Of a stretch of DNA of 64,000 nucleotides, positions 11,941-27,500 are shown piece by piece (position 1 is the stretch's first letter; every line of letters starts with the position of its first letter). Made by a program: the position numbers and the translations under genes. Under the pieces are notes generated by a model. It was not told the origin of the DNA. It searched no databases and saw nothing but the letters and a program-made list of their open reading frames with translations. This DNA is from Eledone cirrhosa. Its lineage: Eukaryota. Location of the stretch: the NCBI GenBank assembly GCA_964016885.1, contig OZ024743.1, positions 339,326,001 to 339,390,000 on the forward strand. Reading direction: 5' to 3'.

Positions 11941-14900
11941 AGTAGAGTTGGGGGGCCTATATCTCTCTTACATACACTCCTGCACTCTACCAAGTGGAGT
12001 TGGGGTCTATATCTCTCTTACAATACATTTCTGCACACTACCAAGTGGAGTTGGGGGTCTATATCTCTTACATACACTCCTGCACTCTACCAAGTGGAGT
12101 TGAGGGTCTATCTCTCTCTTACATACACTCCTGCACTCTACCAAGTGGAGTTGGGGTCTATATCTCTCTTACATACACTCCTGCACTCTACCAAGTGGAG
12201 TTGGGAGTCTATATTTCTCTTACATACACTCCTGCACTCTACCAAGTGGAGCTGGGGTCTATATATCTCTTACATACACTCCTGCACTCTACCAAGTGGA
12301 GCTGGAGGTCTATATATCTCTTACATACACTCCTGCACTCTACCAAGTGGAGATGGGGTTCTATATCTCTCTTACATACACTCCTGCACTCTACCAAGTG
12401 GAGTTTAGAATCTATATCTCTCTTACATACACTCCTGCACTCTACCAAGTGGAGCTGAGAGTCTATATCTCTATTACATACACTCCTGCACTCTACCAAG
12501 TGGAGCTGGGAGTCTATATCTCTCTTACATATACTCCTGCACTCTACCAAGTGGAGCTGGAGGTCTATATTTCTCTTACATACACTCCTGCATTCTACCA
12601 AGTGGAGTTGTGCGTCTATATCTCTTTTAGATACACTCCTGCACTCTACCAAGTGGAGCTGGGGTTCTATATCTCTCTTACATACACTCCTGCACTCTAC
12701 CAAGTGGAGCTGGGGTTCTATATCTCTTACATACAATCCTGCCCTCTACCAAGTGGAGTTGGGGGGTTCTATCTCTCTTACATACACTCCTGAACTCTAC
12801 CAAGTGGAGCTGGGGTTCTATATCTCCCTTACATACACTTCTGCACTCTACCAAGTGGAGCTGGGAGTCTATATCTCTTACATACACTTCTGCACTCTAC
12901 CAAGTGGAGCTGGGAGTCTATATCTCTCTTGCATACACTCCTGCACTCTACCAAGTGGAGTTGGGAGTCTATATTTCTCTTACATACACTCCTGCACTCT
13001 ACCAAGTGGAGTTTGGAATCTATATCTCTATTACATACACTCCTGCACTCTACCAAGTGGAGCTGGGAGTCTATATCTCTCTTACATATACTCCTGCACT
13101 CTACCAAGTGGAGCTGGAGGTCTATATCTCTCTTACATACACTCCTGCATTCTACCAAGTGGAGTTGTGCATCTATATCTCTTTTACATACACTCCTGCA
13201 CTCTACCAAGTGGAGCTGGGGTTCTATATCTCTCTTGCATACACTCCTGCACTCTACCAAGTGGAGCTGGGGTTCTATATCTCTTACATACAATCCTGCC
13301 CTCTACCAAGTGGAGTTGGGGGGTTCTATCTCTCTTACATACACTCCTGAACTCTACCAAGTGGAGCTGGGTTCTATATCTCCCTTACATACACTCCTGC
13401 ACTCTACCAAGTGGAGCTGGGAGTCTATATCTCTTACATACACTTCTGCACTCTACCAAGTGGAGCTGGGAGTCTATATCTCTCTTACATACACTCCTGC
13501 ACTCTACCAAGTGGAGCTGGGAGTCTATATCTCTCTTACATACACTCCTTCACTCTACCAAGTGGAGTTGGGAGTCTATATTTCTCTTACATACACTCCT
13601 GCACTCTACCAAGTGGAGTTGCGGGGTCTATATCTCTCTTACATACACTCCTGCACTCTACCAAGTGGAGCTGGGAGTCTATATCTCTTACATACACTCC
13701 TGCACTCTACCAAGTGGAGTTGGGGGTCTATATCTCTCTTACATACACTCCTGCACTCTACCAAGTGGAACTGGGGTTCTATATTTCTCTTACATACACT
13801 CCTTCACTCTACCAAGTGGTGTTGGGGGTCTATATCTCTTACATACAATCCTGCCCTCTACCAAGTGGAGTTGGGGGGTTCTATCTCTCTTACATACACT
13901 CCTGCACTCTACCAAGTGGAGCTGGGAGTCTATATCCCTCTTACATACACTCCTGCACTCTACCAAGTGGAGCTGGGGGTCTATATCTCTCTTACATACA
14001 CTCCTGCACTCTACCAAGTAGAGTTGGGTGGTCTATATCTCTCTTACATACACTCCTGCACTCTACCAAGTGGAGTTGGGGGTCTATATCTCTCTGACGT
14101 ACACTCCTGCACTCTACCAAGTGGAACTGGGGTCTATATATCTCTTACATACACTCCTGCAGTCTACCAAGTGGAGTTGGGGGTCTATATCTCTCTTACG
14201 TACACTCCTGCACTCTACCAAGTGGAACTGGGGTCTATATATCTCTTACATACACTTCTGCACTCTACCAAGTGGAGCTGGGGTCTATATATCTTTTACA
14301 TACACTCCTGCACTCTACCAAGTGGAGCTGGGGTCTATATCTCTCCTACATACACTCCTGCACTCTACCAAGTGGAACTGGGGTCTATACATCTCTTACA
14401 TACACTCCTGCACTCTACCAAGTGGAGTTGGGGGTCTATATCTCTCTTACGTACACTCCTGCACTCTACCAAGTGGAACTGGGGTCTATATATCTCTTAC
14501 ATACACTTCTACACTCTACCAAGTGGAACTGGGGTCTATACATCTCTTACATACACTCCTGCACTCTACCAAGTGGAGTTGGGGGTCTATATCTCTCTTA
14601 CGTACACTCCTGCACTCTACCAAGTGGAACTGGGGTCTATATATCTCTTACATACACTTCTACACTCTACCAAGTGGAGCTGGGAGTCTATATCTCTCTT
14701 ACATACACTCCTGCACTTTACCAAGTGGAGCTGGGAGTCTATATCTCTCTTACATACACTCCTGCACTCTACCAAGTGGAGCTGGGAGTCTATATCTCTC
14801 TTACATACACTCCTGCACTCTACCAAGTGGAGTTGGGGGTCTATATCTCTCTTACATACACTCCTGCACTCTACCAAGTAGAGTTGGGGGGTCTATATCT

Positions 14901-17900
14901 CTCTTACATACACTCCTGCAGTCTACCAAGTGGAGTTGGGGGTCTATATCTCTCTTACGTACACTCCTGCACTCTACCAAGTGGAGCTGGGGTCTATATC
15001 TCTCCTACATACACTCCTGCACTCTACCAAGTGGAACTGGGGTCTATACATCTCTTACATACACTCCTGCACTCTACCAAGTGGAGTTGGGGGTCTATAT
15101 CTCTCTTACGTACACTCCTGCACTCTACCAAGTGGAGCTGGGGTCTATATCTCTCTTACATACACTCCTGCACTCTACCAAGTGGAGTTGGGAGTGTATA
15201 TCTCTCTTACATACACTCCTGCACTCTACCAAGTAGAGTTGGGGTCTATATCTCACTAACATACACTCCTGCACTCTACCAAGTGGAGTTGGGTGTCTAT
15301 ATCTCTCTTACATACACTCCTGCACTCTACAAAGTGGGGCTGGGGTCTATATCTCTCTTACATACACTCCTGCTCTCTACCAAGTGGAGCTGGAGGTCTA
15401 TATATCTCTTACATACACTCCTGCACTCTACCAAGTGGAGATGGGGTTCTATATCTCTCTTACATACACTCCTACACTCTACCAAGTGGAGTTTAGAATC
15501 TATATGTCTCTTACATACACTCCTGCACTCTACCAAGTGGAGCTGAGAGTCTATATCTCTATTACATACACTCCTGCACTCTACCAAGTGGAGCTGGGAG
15601 TCTATATCTCTCTTACATATACTCCTGCACTCTACCAAGTGGAGCTGGAGGTCTATATCTCTCTTACATACACTCCTGCATTCTACCAAGTGGAGTTGTG
15701 GGTCTATATCTCTTTTACATACACACCTGCACTCTACCAAGTGGAGCTGGGGTTCTATATCTCTCTTACATACACTCCTGCACTCTACCAAGTGGAGCTG
15801 GGGTTCTATATCTCTTACATACACTTCTGCACTCTACCTAGTGGAGCTGGGAGTCTATATTTCTCTTACATACACTCCTGCACTCTACCAAGTGGAGTTG
15901 CGGGGTCTATATCTCCCTTACATACACTCCTGCACTCTACCAAGTGGAGCTGGGAGTCTATATCTCTTACATACACTTCTGCACTCTACCAAGTGGAGTT
16001 GGGGGTCTATATCTCTCTTACATACACTCCTGCACTCTACCAAGTGGAACTGGGGTCTATATATCTCTTACATACACTCCTGCACTCTACCAAGTGGAGC
16101 TGGGAGTCTATATCTCTTACATACACTTCTGCACTCTACCAAGTGGAGCTGGGAGTCTATATCTCTATTACATACACTCCTGCACTCTACCAAGTGGAGC
16201 TGGGAGTCTATATCTCTCTTACATACACTCCTGCACTCTACCAAGTGGAGTTGGGCGTCTATATCTCTCTTACATACACTCCTGCACTCTACCAAGTGGA
16301 GTTGGGGGTCTATATCTCTCTTACGTACACTCCTGCACTCTACCAAGTGGAACTGGGGTCTATATATCTCTTACATACACTCCTGCACTCTACCAAGTGG
16401 AGTTGGGGGTCTATATCTCTCTTACGTACACTCCTGCACTCTACCAAGTGGAACTGGGGTCTATATATCTCTTACATACACTCCTGCACTCTACCAAGTG
16501 GAGCTGGGAGTCTATATCTCTCTTACATACACTCCTGCACTCTACCAAGTGGAGTTGGGGTCTATATCTCTATTACATACACTCCTTCACTCTACCAAGT
16601 GGAGTTGGGAGTCTATATTTCTCTTACATACACTCCTGCACTCTACCAAGTGGAGTTGCAGGGTCTATATCTCTCTTACATACACTCCTGCACTCTACCA
16701 AGTGGAGCTGGGAGTCTATATCTCTTACATACACTCCTGCACTCTACCAAGTGGAGTTGGGGGTCTATATCTCTCTTACATACACTCCTGCACTCTACCA
16801 AGTGGAGTTGGGGTCTATATCTCTCTTACATACACTCCTGCACTCTACCAAGTGGAGTTGGGAGTCTATATTTCTCTTACATACACTCCTGCACTCTACC
16901 AAGTGGAGCTGGGGTCTATATATCTCTTACATACACTCCTGCACTCTACCAAGTGGAGCTGGAGGTCTATATATCTCTTACATACACTCCTGCACTCTAC
17001 CAAGTGGAGCTGGGAGCCTATATCTCTCTTACATATACTCCTGCACTCTACCAAGTGGAGCTGGAGGTCTATATCTCTCTTACATACACTCCTGCATTCT
17101 ACCAAGTGGAGCTGGGGTTCTATATCGCTCTTACATACACTCCTGCACTCTACCAAGTGGAGCTGGGGTTCTATATCTCTTACATACAATCCTGCCCTCT
17201 ACCAAGTGGAGTTGGGGGGTTCTATCTCTCTTACATACACTCCTGAACTCTACCAAGTGGAGCTGGGGTTCTATATCTCCCTTACATACACTCCTGCACT
17301 CTACCAAGTGGAGCTGGGAGTCTATATCTCTTACATACACTTCTGCACTCTACCAAGTGGAGCTGGGAGTCTATATCTCTCTTGCATACACTCCTGCACT
17401 CTACCAAGTGGAGCTGGGAGTCTATATCTCTCTTACATACACTCCTTCACTCTACAAAGTGGAGTTGGGAGTCTATATTTCTCTTACATACACTCCTGCA
17501 CTCTACCAAGTGGAGTTTGGAATCTATATCTCTATTACATACACTCCTGCACTCTACCAAGTGGAGCTGGGAGTCTATATCTCTCTTACATATACTCCTG
17601 CACTCTACCAAGTGGAGCTGGAGGTCTATATCTCTCTTACATACACTCCTGCATTCTACCAAGTGGAGTTGTGCATCTATATCTCTTTTACATACACTCC
17701 TGCACTCTACCAAGTGGAGCTGGGGTTCTATATCTCTCTTACATACACTCCTGCACTCTACCAAGTGGAGCTGGGGTTCTATATCTCTTACATACAATCC
17801 TGCCCTCTACCAAGTGGAGTTGGGGGGTTCTATCTCTCTTACATACACTCCTGAACTCTACCAAGTGGAGCTGGGGTTCTATATCTCCCTTACATACACT

Positions 17901-20900
17901 CCTGCACTCTACCAAGTGGAGCTGGGAGTCTATATCTCTTACATACACTTCTGCACTCTACCAAGTGGAGCTGGGAGTCTATATCTCTCTTACATACACT
18001 CCTGCATTCTACCAAGTGGAGCTGGGAGTCTATATCTCTCTTACATACACTCCTTCACTCTACCAAGTGGAGTTGGGAGTCTATATTTCTCTTACATACA
18101 CTCCTGCACTCTACCAAGTGGAGTTGCAGGGTCTATATCTCTCTTACATACACTCCTGCACTCTACCAAGTGGAGCTGGGAGTCTATATCTCTTACATAC
18201 ACTCCTGCACTCTACCAAGTGGAGTTGGGGGTCTATATCTCTCTTACATACACTCCTGCACTCTATCAAGTGGAGCTGGAGTCTATATATCTCTTACATA
18301 CACTCCTGCACTCTACCAAGTAGAGTTGGGGGGCCTATATATCTCTTACATACACTCCTGCACTCTACCAAGTGGAGTTGGGGTCTATATCTCTCTTACA
18401 ATACACTTCTGCACTCCACCAAGTGGAGTTGGGGGTCTATATCTCTTACATACACTCCTGCACTCTACCAAGTGGAGTTGGGGGTCTATATCTCTCTTAC
18501 ATACACTCCTGCACTCTACCAAGTGGAGTTGGGGTCTATATCTCTCTTACATACACTCCTGCACTCTACCAAGTGGAGTTGGGAGTCTATATTTCTCTTA
18601 CATACACTCCTGCACTCTACCAAGTGGAGCTGGGGTCTATATATCTCTTACATACACTCCTGCACTCTACCAAGTGGAGCTGGAGGTCTATATATCTCTT
18701 ACATACACTCCTGCACTCTACCAAGTGGAGATGGGGTTCTATATCTCTCTTACATACACTCCTACACTCTACCAAGTGGAGTTTAGAATCTATATCTCTC
18801 TTACATACACTCCTGCACTCTACCAAGTGGAGCTGAGAGTCTATATCTCTATTACATACACTCCTGCACTCTACCAAGTGGAGCTGGAGGTCTATATCTC
18901 TCTTACATACACTCCTGCATTCTACCAAGTGGAGTTGTGCGTCTATATCTCTTTTACATACACTCCTGCACTCTACCAAGTGGAGCTGGGGTTCTATATC
19001 TCTCTTACATACACTCCTGCACTCTACCAGGTGGAGCTGGGGTTCTATATCTCTTACATACAATCCTGCCCTCTACCAAGTGGAGTTGGGGGGTTCTATC
19101 TCTCTTACATACACTCCTGAACTCTACCAAGTGGAGCTGGGGTTCTATATCTCCCTTACATACACTCCTGCACTCTACCAAGTGGAGCTGGGAGTCTATA
19201 TCTCTTACATACACTTCTGCACTCTACCAAGTGGAGCTGGGAGTCTATATCTCTCTTGCATACACTCCTGCACCCTACCAAGTGGAGCTGGGAGTCTATA
19301 TCTCTCTTACATACACTCCTTCACTTTTCAAAGTGGAGTTGGGAGTCTATATTTCTCTTACATACACTTCTGCACTCTACCAAGTGGAGTTTGGAATCTA
19401 TATCTCTATTACATACACTCCTGCACTCTACCAAGTGGAGCTGGGAGTCTATATCTCTCATACATATACTCCTGCACTCTACCAAGTGGAGCTGGAGGTC
19501 TATATCTCTCTTACATACACTCCTGCATTCTACCAAGTGGAGTTGTGCATCTATATCTCTTTTACATACACTCCTGCACTCTACCAAGTGGAGCTGGGGT
19601 TCTATATCTCAATTACATACACTCCTGCACTCTACCAAGTGGAGCTGAGAGTCTATATCTCTATTACATACACTCCTGCACTCTACCAAGTGGAGTTGGG
19701 TGTCTATATCTCTCTTACATACACTCCTGCACTCTACCAAGTGGGGCTGGGGTCTATATCTCTCTTACATACACTCCTGCACTCTACCAAGTGGAGCTGG
19801 AGGTCTATATATCTCTTACATACACTCCTGCACTCTACCAAGTGGAGATGGGGTTCTATATCTCTCTTACATACACTCCTACACTCTACCAAGTGGAGTT
19901 TAGAATCTATATGTCTCTTACATACACTCCTGCACTCTACCAAGTGGAGCTGGGAGTCTATATCTCTCTTACATATACTCCTGCACTCTACCAAGTGGAG
20001 CTGGAGGTCTATATCTCTCTTACATACACTCCTGCATTCTACCAAGTGGAGTTGTGGGTCTATATCTCTTTTACATACACACCTGCACTCTACCAAGTGG
20101 AGCTGGGGTTCTATATCTCTCTTACATACACTCCTGCACTCTACCAAGTGGAGCTGGGGTTCTATATCTCTTACATACACTTCTGCACTCTACCTAGTGG
20201 AGCTGGGAGTCTATATTTCTCTTACATACACTCCTGCACTCTACCAAGTGGAGTTGCGGGGTCTATATCTCCCTTACATACACTCCTGCACTCTACCAAG
20301 TGGAGCTGGGAGTCTATATCTCTTACATACACTTCTGCACTCTACCAAGTGGAGTTGGGGGTCTATATCTCTCTTACATACACTCCTGCACTCTACCAAG
20401 TGGAACTGGGGTCTATATATCTCTTACATACACTCCTGCACTCTACCAAGTGGAGCTGGGAGTCTATATCTCTTACATACACTTCTGCACTCTACCAAGT
20501 GGAGCTGGGAGTCTATATCTCTATTACATACACTCCTGCACTCTACCAAGTGGAGCTGGGAGTCTATATCTCTCTTACATACACTCCTGCACTCTACCAA
20601 GTGGAGTTGGGCGTCTATATCTCTCTTACATACACTCCTGCACTCTACCAAGTGGAGTTGGGGGTCTATATCTCTCTTACGTACACTCCTGCACTCTACC
20701 AAGTGGAACTGGGGTCTATATATCTCTTACATACACTCCTGCAGTCTACCAAGTGGAGTTGGGGGTCTATATCTCTCTTACGTACACTCCTGCACTCTAC
20801 CAAGTGGAACTGGAGTCTATATATCTTTTACATACACTTCTGCACTCTACCAAGTGGAGCTGGGGTCTATATATCTCTTACATACACTCCTGCACTCTAC

Positions 20901-21554
20901 CAAGTGGAGCTGGGGTCTATATCTCTCCTACATACACTCCTGCACTCTACCAAGTGGAACTGGGGTCTATATATCTCTTACATACACTCCTGCACTCTAC
21001 CAAGTGGAGTTGGGGGTCTATATCTCTCTTACGTACACTCCTGCACTCTACCAAGTGGAACTGGGGTCTATATATCTCTTACATACACTCCTGCACTCTA
21101 CCAAGTGGAGCTGGGAGTCTATATCTCTCTTACATACACTCCTGCACTCTACCAAGTGGAGTTGGGGTCTATATCTCTATTACATACACTCCTTCACTCT
21201 ACCAAGTGGAGTTGGGAGTCTATATTTCTCTTACATACACTCCTGCACTCTACCAAGTGGAGTTGCAGGGTCTATATCTCTCTTACATACACTCCTGCAC
21301 TCTACCAAGTGGAGCTGGGAGTCTATATCTCTTACATACACTCCTGCACTCTACCAAGTGGAGTTGGGGGTCTATATCTCTCTTACATACACTCCTGCAC
21401 TCTACCAAGTGGAGTTGGGGTCTATATCTCTCTTACATACACTCCTGCACTCTACCAAGTGGAGTTGGGAGTCTATATTTCTCTTACATACACTCCTGCA
21501 CTCTACCAAGTGGAGCTGGGGTCTATATATCTCTTACATACACTCCTGCACTCT

Positions 21555-24500
21555 ACCAAGTAGAGTTGGGGTCTATATCTCACTAACATACACTCCTGCA
21601 CTCTACCAAGTGGAGTTGGGTGTCTATATCTCTCTTACATACACTCCTGCACTCTACCAAGTGGGGCTGGGGTCTATATCTCTCTTACATACACTCCTGC
21701 ACTCTACCAAGTGGAGTTGTGGTCTATATCTCTATTACATACACTCCTTCACTCTACCAAGTGGAGTTGGGAGTCTATATTTCTCTTACATACACTCCTG
21801 CACTCTACCAAGTGGAGTTGCAGGGTCTATATCTCTCTTACATACACTCCTGCACTCTACCAAGTGGAGCTGGGAGTCTATATCTCTTACATACACTCCT
21901 GCACTCTACCAAGTGGAGTTGGGGGTCTGTATCTCTCTTACATACACTCCTGCACTCTACCAAGTGGAGCTGGAGTCTATATATCTCTTACATACACTCC
22001 TGCACTCTACCAAGTGGGGCTGGGGTCTATATCTCTCTTACATACACTCCTGCACTCTACCAAGTGGAGTTGTGGTCTATATCTCTATTACATACACTCC
22101 TTCACTCTACCAAGTGGAGTTGGGAGTCTATATTTCTCTTACATACACTCCTGCACTCTACCAAGTGGAGTTGCAGGGTCTATATCTCTCTTACATACAC
22201 TTCTGCACTCTACCAAGTGGAGCTGGGAGTCTATATCTCTTACATACACTCCTGCACTCTACCAAGTGGAGTTGGGGGTCTATATCTCTCTTACATACAC
22301 TCCTGCACTCTACCAAGTGGAGCTGGAGTCTATATATCTCTTACATACACCCCTGCACTCTACCAAGTAGAGTTGGGGGGCCTATATCTCTCTTACATAC
22401 ACTCCTGCACTCTACCAAGTGGAGTTGGGGTCTATATCTCTCTTACAATACATTTCTGCACACTACCAAGTGGAGTTGGGGGTCTATATCTCTTACATAC
22501 ACTCCTGCACTCTACCAAGTGGAGTTGGGGGTCTATATCTCTCTTACATACACTCCTGCACTCTACCAAGTGGAGTTGGGGTCTATATCTCTCTTACATA
22601 CACTCCTGCACTCTACCAAGTGGAGTTGGGAGTCTATATTTCTCTTACATACACTCCTGCACTCTACCAAGTGGAGCTGGGGTCTATATATCTCTTACAT
22701 ACACTCCTGCACTCTACCAAGTGGAGCTGGAGGTCTATATATCTCTTACATACACTCCTGCACTCTACCAAGTGGAGATGGGGTTCTATATCTCTCTTAC
22801 ATACACTCCTGCACTCTACCAAGTGGAGTTTAGAATCTATATCTCTCTTACATACACTCCTGCACTCTACCAAGTGGAGCTGAGAGTCTATATCTCTATT
22901 ACATACACTCCTGCACTCTACCAAGTGGAGCTGGGAGTCTATATCTCTCTTACATATACTCCTGCACTCTACCAAGTGGAGCTGGAGGTCTATATTTCTC
23001 TTACATACACTCCTGCATTCTACCAAGTGGAGTTGTGCGTCTATATCTCTTTTAGATACACTCCTGCACTCTACCAAGTGGAGCTGGGGTTCTATATCTC
23101 TCTTACATACACTCCTGCACTCTACCAAGTGGAGCTGGGGTTCTATATCTCTTACATACAATCCTGCCCTCTACCAAGTGGAGTTGGGGGGTTCTATCTC
23201 TCTTACATACACTCCTGAACTCTACCAAGTGGAGCTGGGGTTCTATATCTCCCTTACATACACTTCTGCACTCTACCAAGTGGAGCTGGGAGTCTATATC
23301 TCTTACATACACTTCTGCACTCTACCAAGTGGAGCTGGGAGTCTATATCTCTCTTGCATACACTCCTGCACTCTACCAAGTGGAGTTGGGAGTCTATATT
23401 TCTCTTACATACACTCCTGCACTCTACCAAGTGGAGTTTGGAATCTATATCTCTATTACATACACTCCTGCACTCTACCAAGTGGAGCTGGGAGTCTATA
23501 TCTCTCTTACATATACTCCTGCACTCTACCAAGTGGAGCTGGAGGTCTATATCTCTCTTACATACACTCCTGCATTCTACCAAGTGGAGTTGTGCATCTA
23601 TATCTCTTTTACATACACTCCTGCACTCTACCAAGTGGAGCTGGGGTTCTATATCTCTCTTGCATACACTCCTGCACTCTACCAAGTGGAGCTGGGGTTC
23701 TATATCTCTTACATACAATCCTGCCCTCTACCAAGTGGAGTTGGGGGGTTCTATCTCTCTTACATACACTCCTGAACTCTACCAAGTGGAGCTGGGTTCT
23801 ATATCTCCCTTACATACACTCCTGCACTCTACCAAGTGGAGCTGGGAGTCTATATCTCTTACATACACTTCTGCACTCTACCAAGTGGAGCTGGGAGTCT
23901 ATATCTCTCTTACATACACTCCTGCACTCTACCAAGTGGAGCTGGGAGCCTATATCTCTCTTACATACACTCCTTCACTCTACCAAGTGGAGTTGGGAGT
24001 CTATATTTCTCTTACATACACTCCTGCACTCTACCAAGTGGAGTTGCGGGGTCTATATCTCTCTTACATACACTCCTGCACTCTACCAAGTGGAGCTGGG
24101 AGTCTATATCTCTTACATACACTCCTGCACTCTACCAAGTGGAGTTGGAGGTCTATATCTCTCTTACATACACTCCTGCACTCTACCAAGTGGAACTGGG
24201 GTTCTATATTTCTCTTACATACACTCCTTCACTCTACCAAGTGGTGTTGGGGGTCTATATCTCTTACATACAATCCTGCCCTCTACCAAGTGGAGTTGGG
24301 GGGTTCTATCTCTCTTACATACACTCCTGCACTCTACCAAGTGGAGCTGGGAGTCTATATCCCTCTTACATACACTCCTGCACTCTACCAAGTGGAGCTG
24401 GGGGTCTATATCTCTCTTACATACACTCCTGCACTCTACCAAGTAGAGTTGGGTGGTCTATATCTCTCTTACATACACTCCTGCACTCTACCAAGTGGAG

Positions 24501-27500
24501 TTGGGGGTCTATATCTCTCTTACGTACACTCCTGCACTCTACCAAGTGGAACTGGGGTCTATATATCTCTTACATACACTCCTGCAGTCTACCAAGTGGA
24601 GTTGGGGGTCTATATCTCTCTTACGTACACTCCTGCACTCTACCAAGTGGAACTGGGGTCTATATATCTCTTACATACACTTCTGCACTCTACCAAGTGG
24701 AGCTGGGGTCTATATATCTCTTACATACACTCCTGCACTCTACCAAGTGGAGCTGGGGTCTATATCTCTCCTACATACACTCCTGCACTCTACCAAGTGG
24801 AACTGGGGTCTATACATCTCTTACATACACTCCTGCACTCTACCAAGTGGAGTTGGGGGTCTATATCTCTCTAACGTACACTCCTGCACTCTACCAAGTG
24901 GAACTGGGGTCTATATATCTCTTACATACACTTCTGCACTCTACCAAGTGGAGCTGGGGTCTATATATCTCTTACATACACTCCTGCACTCTACCAAGTG
25001 GAGCTGGGGTCTATATCTCTCCTACATACACTCCTGCACTCTACCAAGTGGAACTGGGGTCTATACATCTCTTACATACACTCCTGCACTCTACCAAGTG
25101 GAGTTGGGGGTCTATATCTCTCTTACGTACACTCCTGCACTCTACCAAGTGGAGCTGGGGTCTATATCTCTCTTACATACACTCCTGCACTCTACCAAGT
25201 GGAGTTGGGAGTGTATATCTCTCTTACATACACTCCTGCACTCTACCAAGTAGAGTTGGGGTCTATATCTCACTAACATACACTCCTGCACTCTACCAAG
25301 TGGAGTTGGGTGTCTATATCTCTCTTACATACACTCCTGCACTCTACCAAGTGGGGCTGGGGTCTATATCTCTCTTACATACACTCCTGCACTCTACCAA
25401 GTGGAGCTGGAGGTCTATATATCTCTTACATACACTCCTGCACTCTACCAAGTGGAGATGGGGTTCTATATCTCTCTTACATACACTCCTACACTCTACC
25501 AAGTGGAGTTTAGAATCTATATGTCTCTTACATACACTCCTGCACTCTACCAAGTGGAGCTGAGAGTCTATATCTCTATTACATACACTCCTGCACTCTA
25601 CCAAGTGGAGCTGGGAGTCTATATCTCTCTTACATATACTCCTGCACTCTACCAAGTGGAGCTGGAGGTCTATATCTCTCTTACATACACTCCTGCATTC
25701 TACCAAGTGGAGTTGTGGGTCTATATCTCTTTTACATACACACCTGCACTCTACCAAGTGGAGCTGGGGTTCTATATCTCTCTTACATACACTCCTGCAC
25801 TCTACCAAGTGGAGCTGGGGTTCTATATCTCTTACATACACTTCTGCACTCTACCTAGTGGAGCTGGGAGTCTATATTTCTCTTACATACACTCCTGCAC
25901 TCTACCAAGTGGAGTTGCGGGGTCTATATCTCCCTTACATACACTCCTGCACTCTACCAAGTGGAGCTGGGAGTCTATATCTCTTACATACACTTCTGCA
26001 CTCTACCAAGTGGAGTTGGGGGTCTATATCTCTCTTACATACACTCCTGCACTCTACCAAGTGGAACTGGGGTCTATATATCTCTTACATACACTCCTGC
26101 ACTCTACCAAGTGGAGCTGGGAGTCTATATCTCTTACATACACTTCTGCACTCTACCAAGTGGAGCTGGGAGTCTATATCTCTATTACATACACTCCTGC
26201 ACTCTACCAAGTGGAGCTGGGAGTCTATATCTCTCTTACATACACTCCTGCACTCTACCAAGTGGAGTTGGGCGTCTATATCTCTCTTACATACACTCCT
26301 GCACTCTACCAAGTGGAGTTGGGGGTCTATATCTCTCTTACGTACACTCCTGCACTCTACCAAGTGGAACTGGGGTCTATATATCTCTTACATACACTCC
26401 TGCACTCTACCAAGTGGAGTTGGGGGTCTATATCTCTCTTACGTACACTCCTGCACTCTACCAAGTGGAACTGGGGTCTATATATCTCTTACATACACTC
26501 CTGCACTCTACCAAGTGGAGCTGGGAGTCTACATCTCTCTTACATACACTCCTGCACTCTACCAAGTGGAGTTGGGGTCTATATCTCTATTACATACACT
26601 CCTTCACTCTACCAAGTGGAGTTGGGAGTCTATATTTCTCTTACATACACTCCTGCACTCTACCAAGTGGAGTTGCAGGGTCTATATCTCTCTTACATAC
26701 ACTCCTGCACTCTACCAAGTGGAGCTGGGAGTCTATATCTCTTACATACACTCCTGCACTCTACCAAGTGGAGTTGGGGGTCTATATCTCTCTTACATAC
26801 ACTCCTGCACTATACCAAGTGGAGTTGGGGTCTATATCTCTCTTACATACACTCCTGCACTCTACCAAGTGGAGTTGGGAGTCTATATTTCTCTTACATA
26901 CACTCCTGCACTCTACCAAGTGGAGCTGGGGTCTATATATCTCTTACATACACTCCTGCACTCTACCAAGTGGAGCTGGAGGTCTATATATCTCTTACAT
27001 ACACTCCTGCACTCTACCAAGTGGAGCTGGGAGCCTATATCTCTCTTACATATACTCCTGCACTCTACCAAGTGGAGCTGGAGGTCTATATCTCTCTTAC
27101 ATACACTCCTGCATTCTACCAAGTGGAGCTGGGGTTCTATATCGCTCTTACATACACTCCTGCACTCTACCAAGTGGAGCTGGGGTTCTATATCTCTTAC
27201 ATACAATCCTGCCCTCTACCAAGTGGAGTTGGGGGGTTCTATCTCTCTTACATACACTCCTGAACTCTACCAAGTGGAGCTGGGGTTCTATATCTCCCTT
27301 ACATACACTCCTGCACTCTACCAAGTGGAGCTGGGAGTCTATATCTCTTACATACACTTCTGCACTCTACCAAGTGGAGCTGGGAGTCTATATCTCTCTT
27401 GCATACACTCCTGCACTCTACCAAGTGGAGCTGGGAGTCTATATCTCTCTTACATACACTCCTTCACTCTACAAAGTGGAGTTGGGAGTCTATATTTCTC

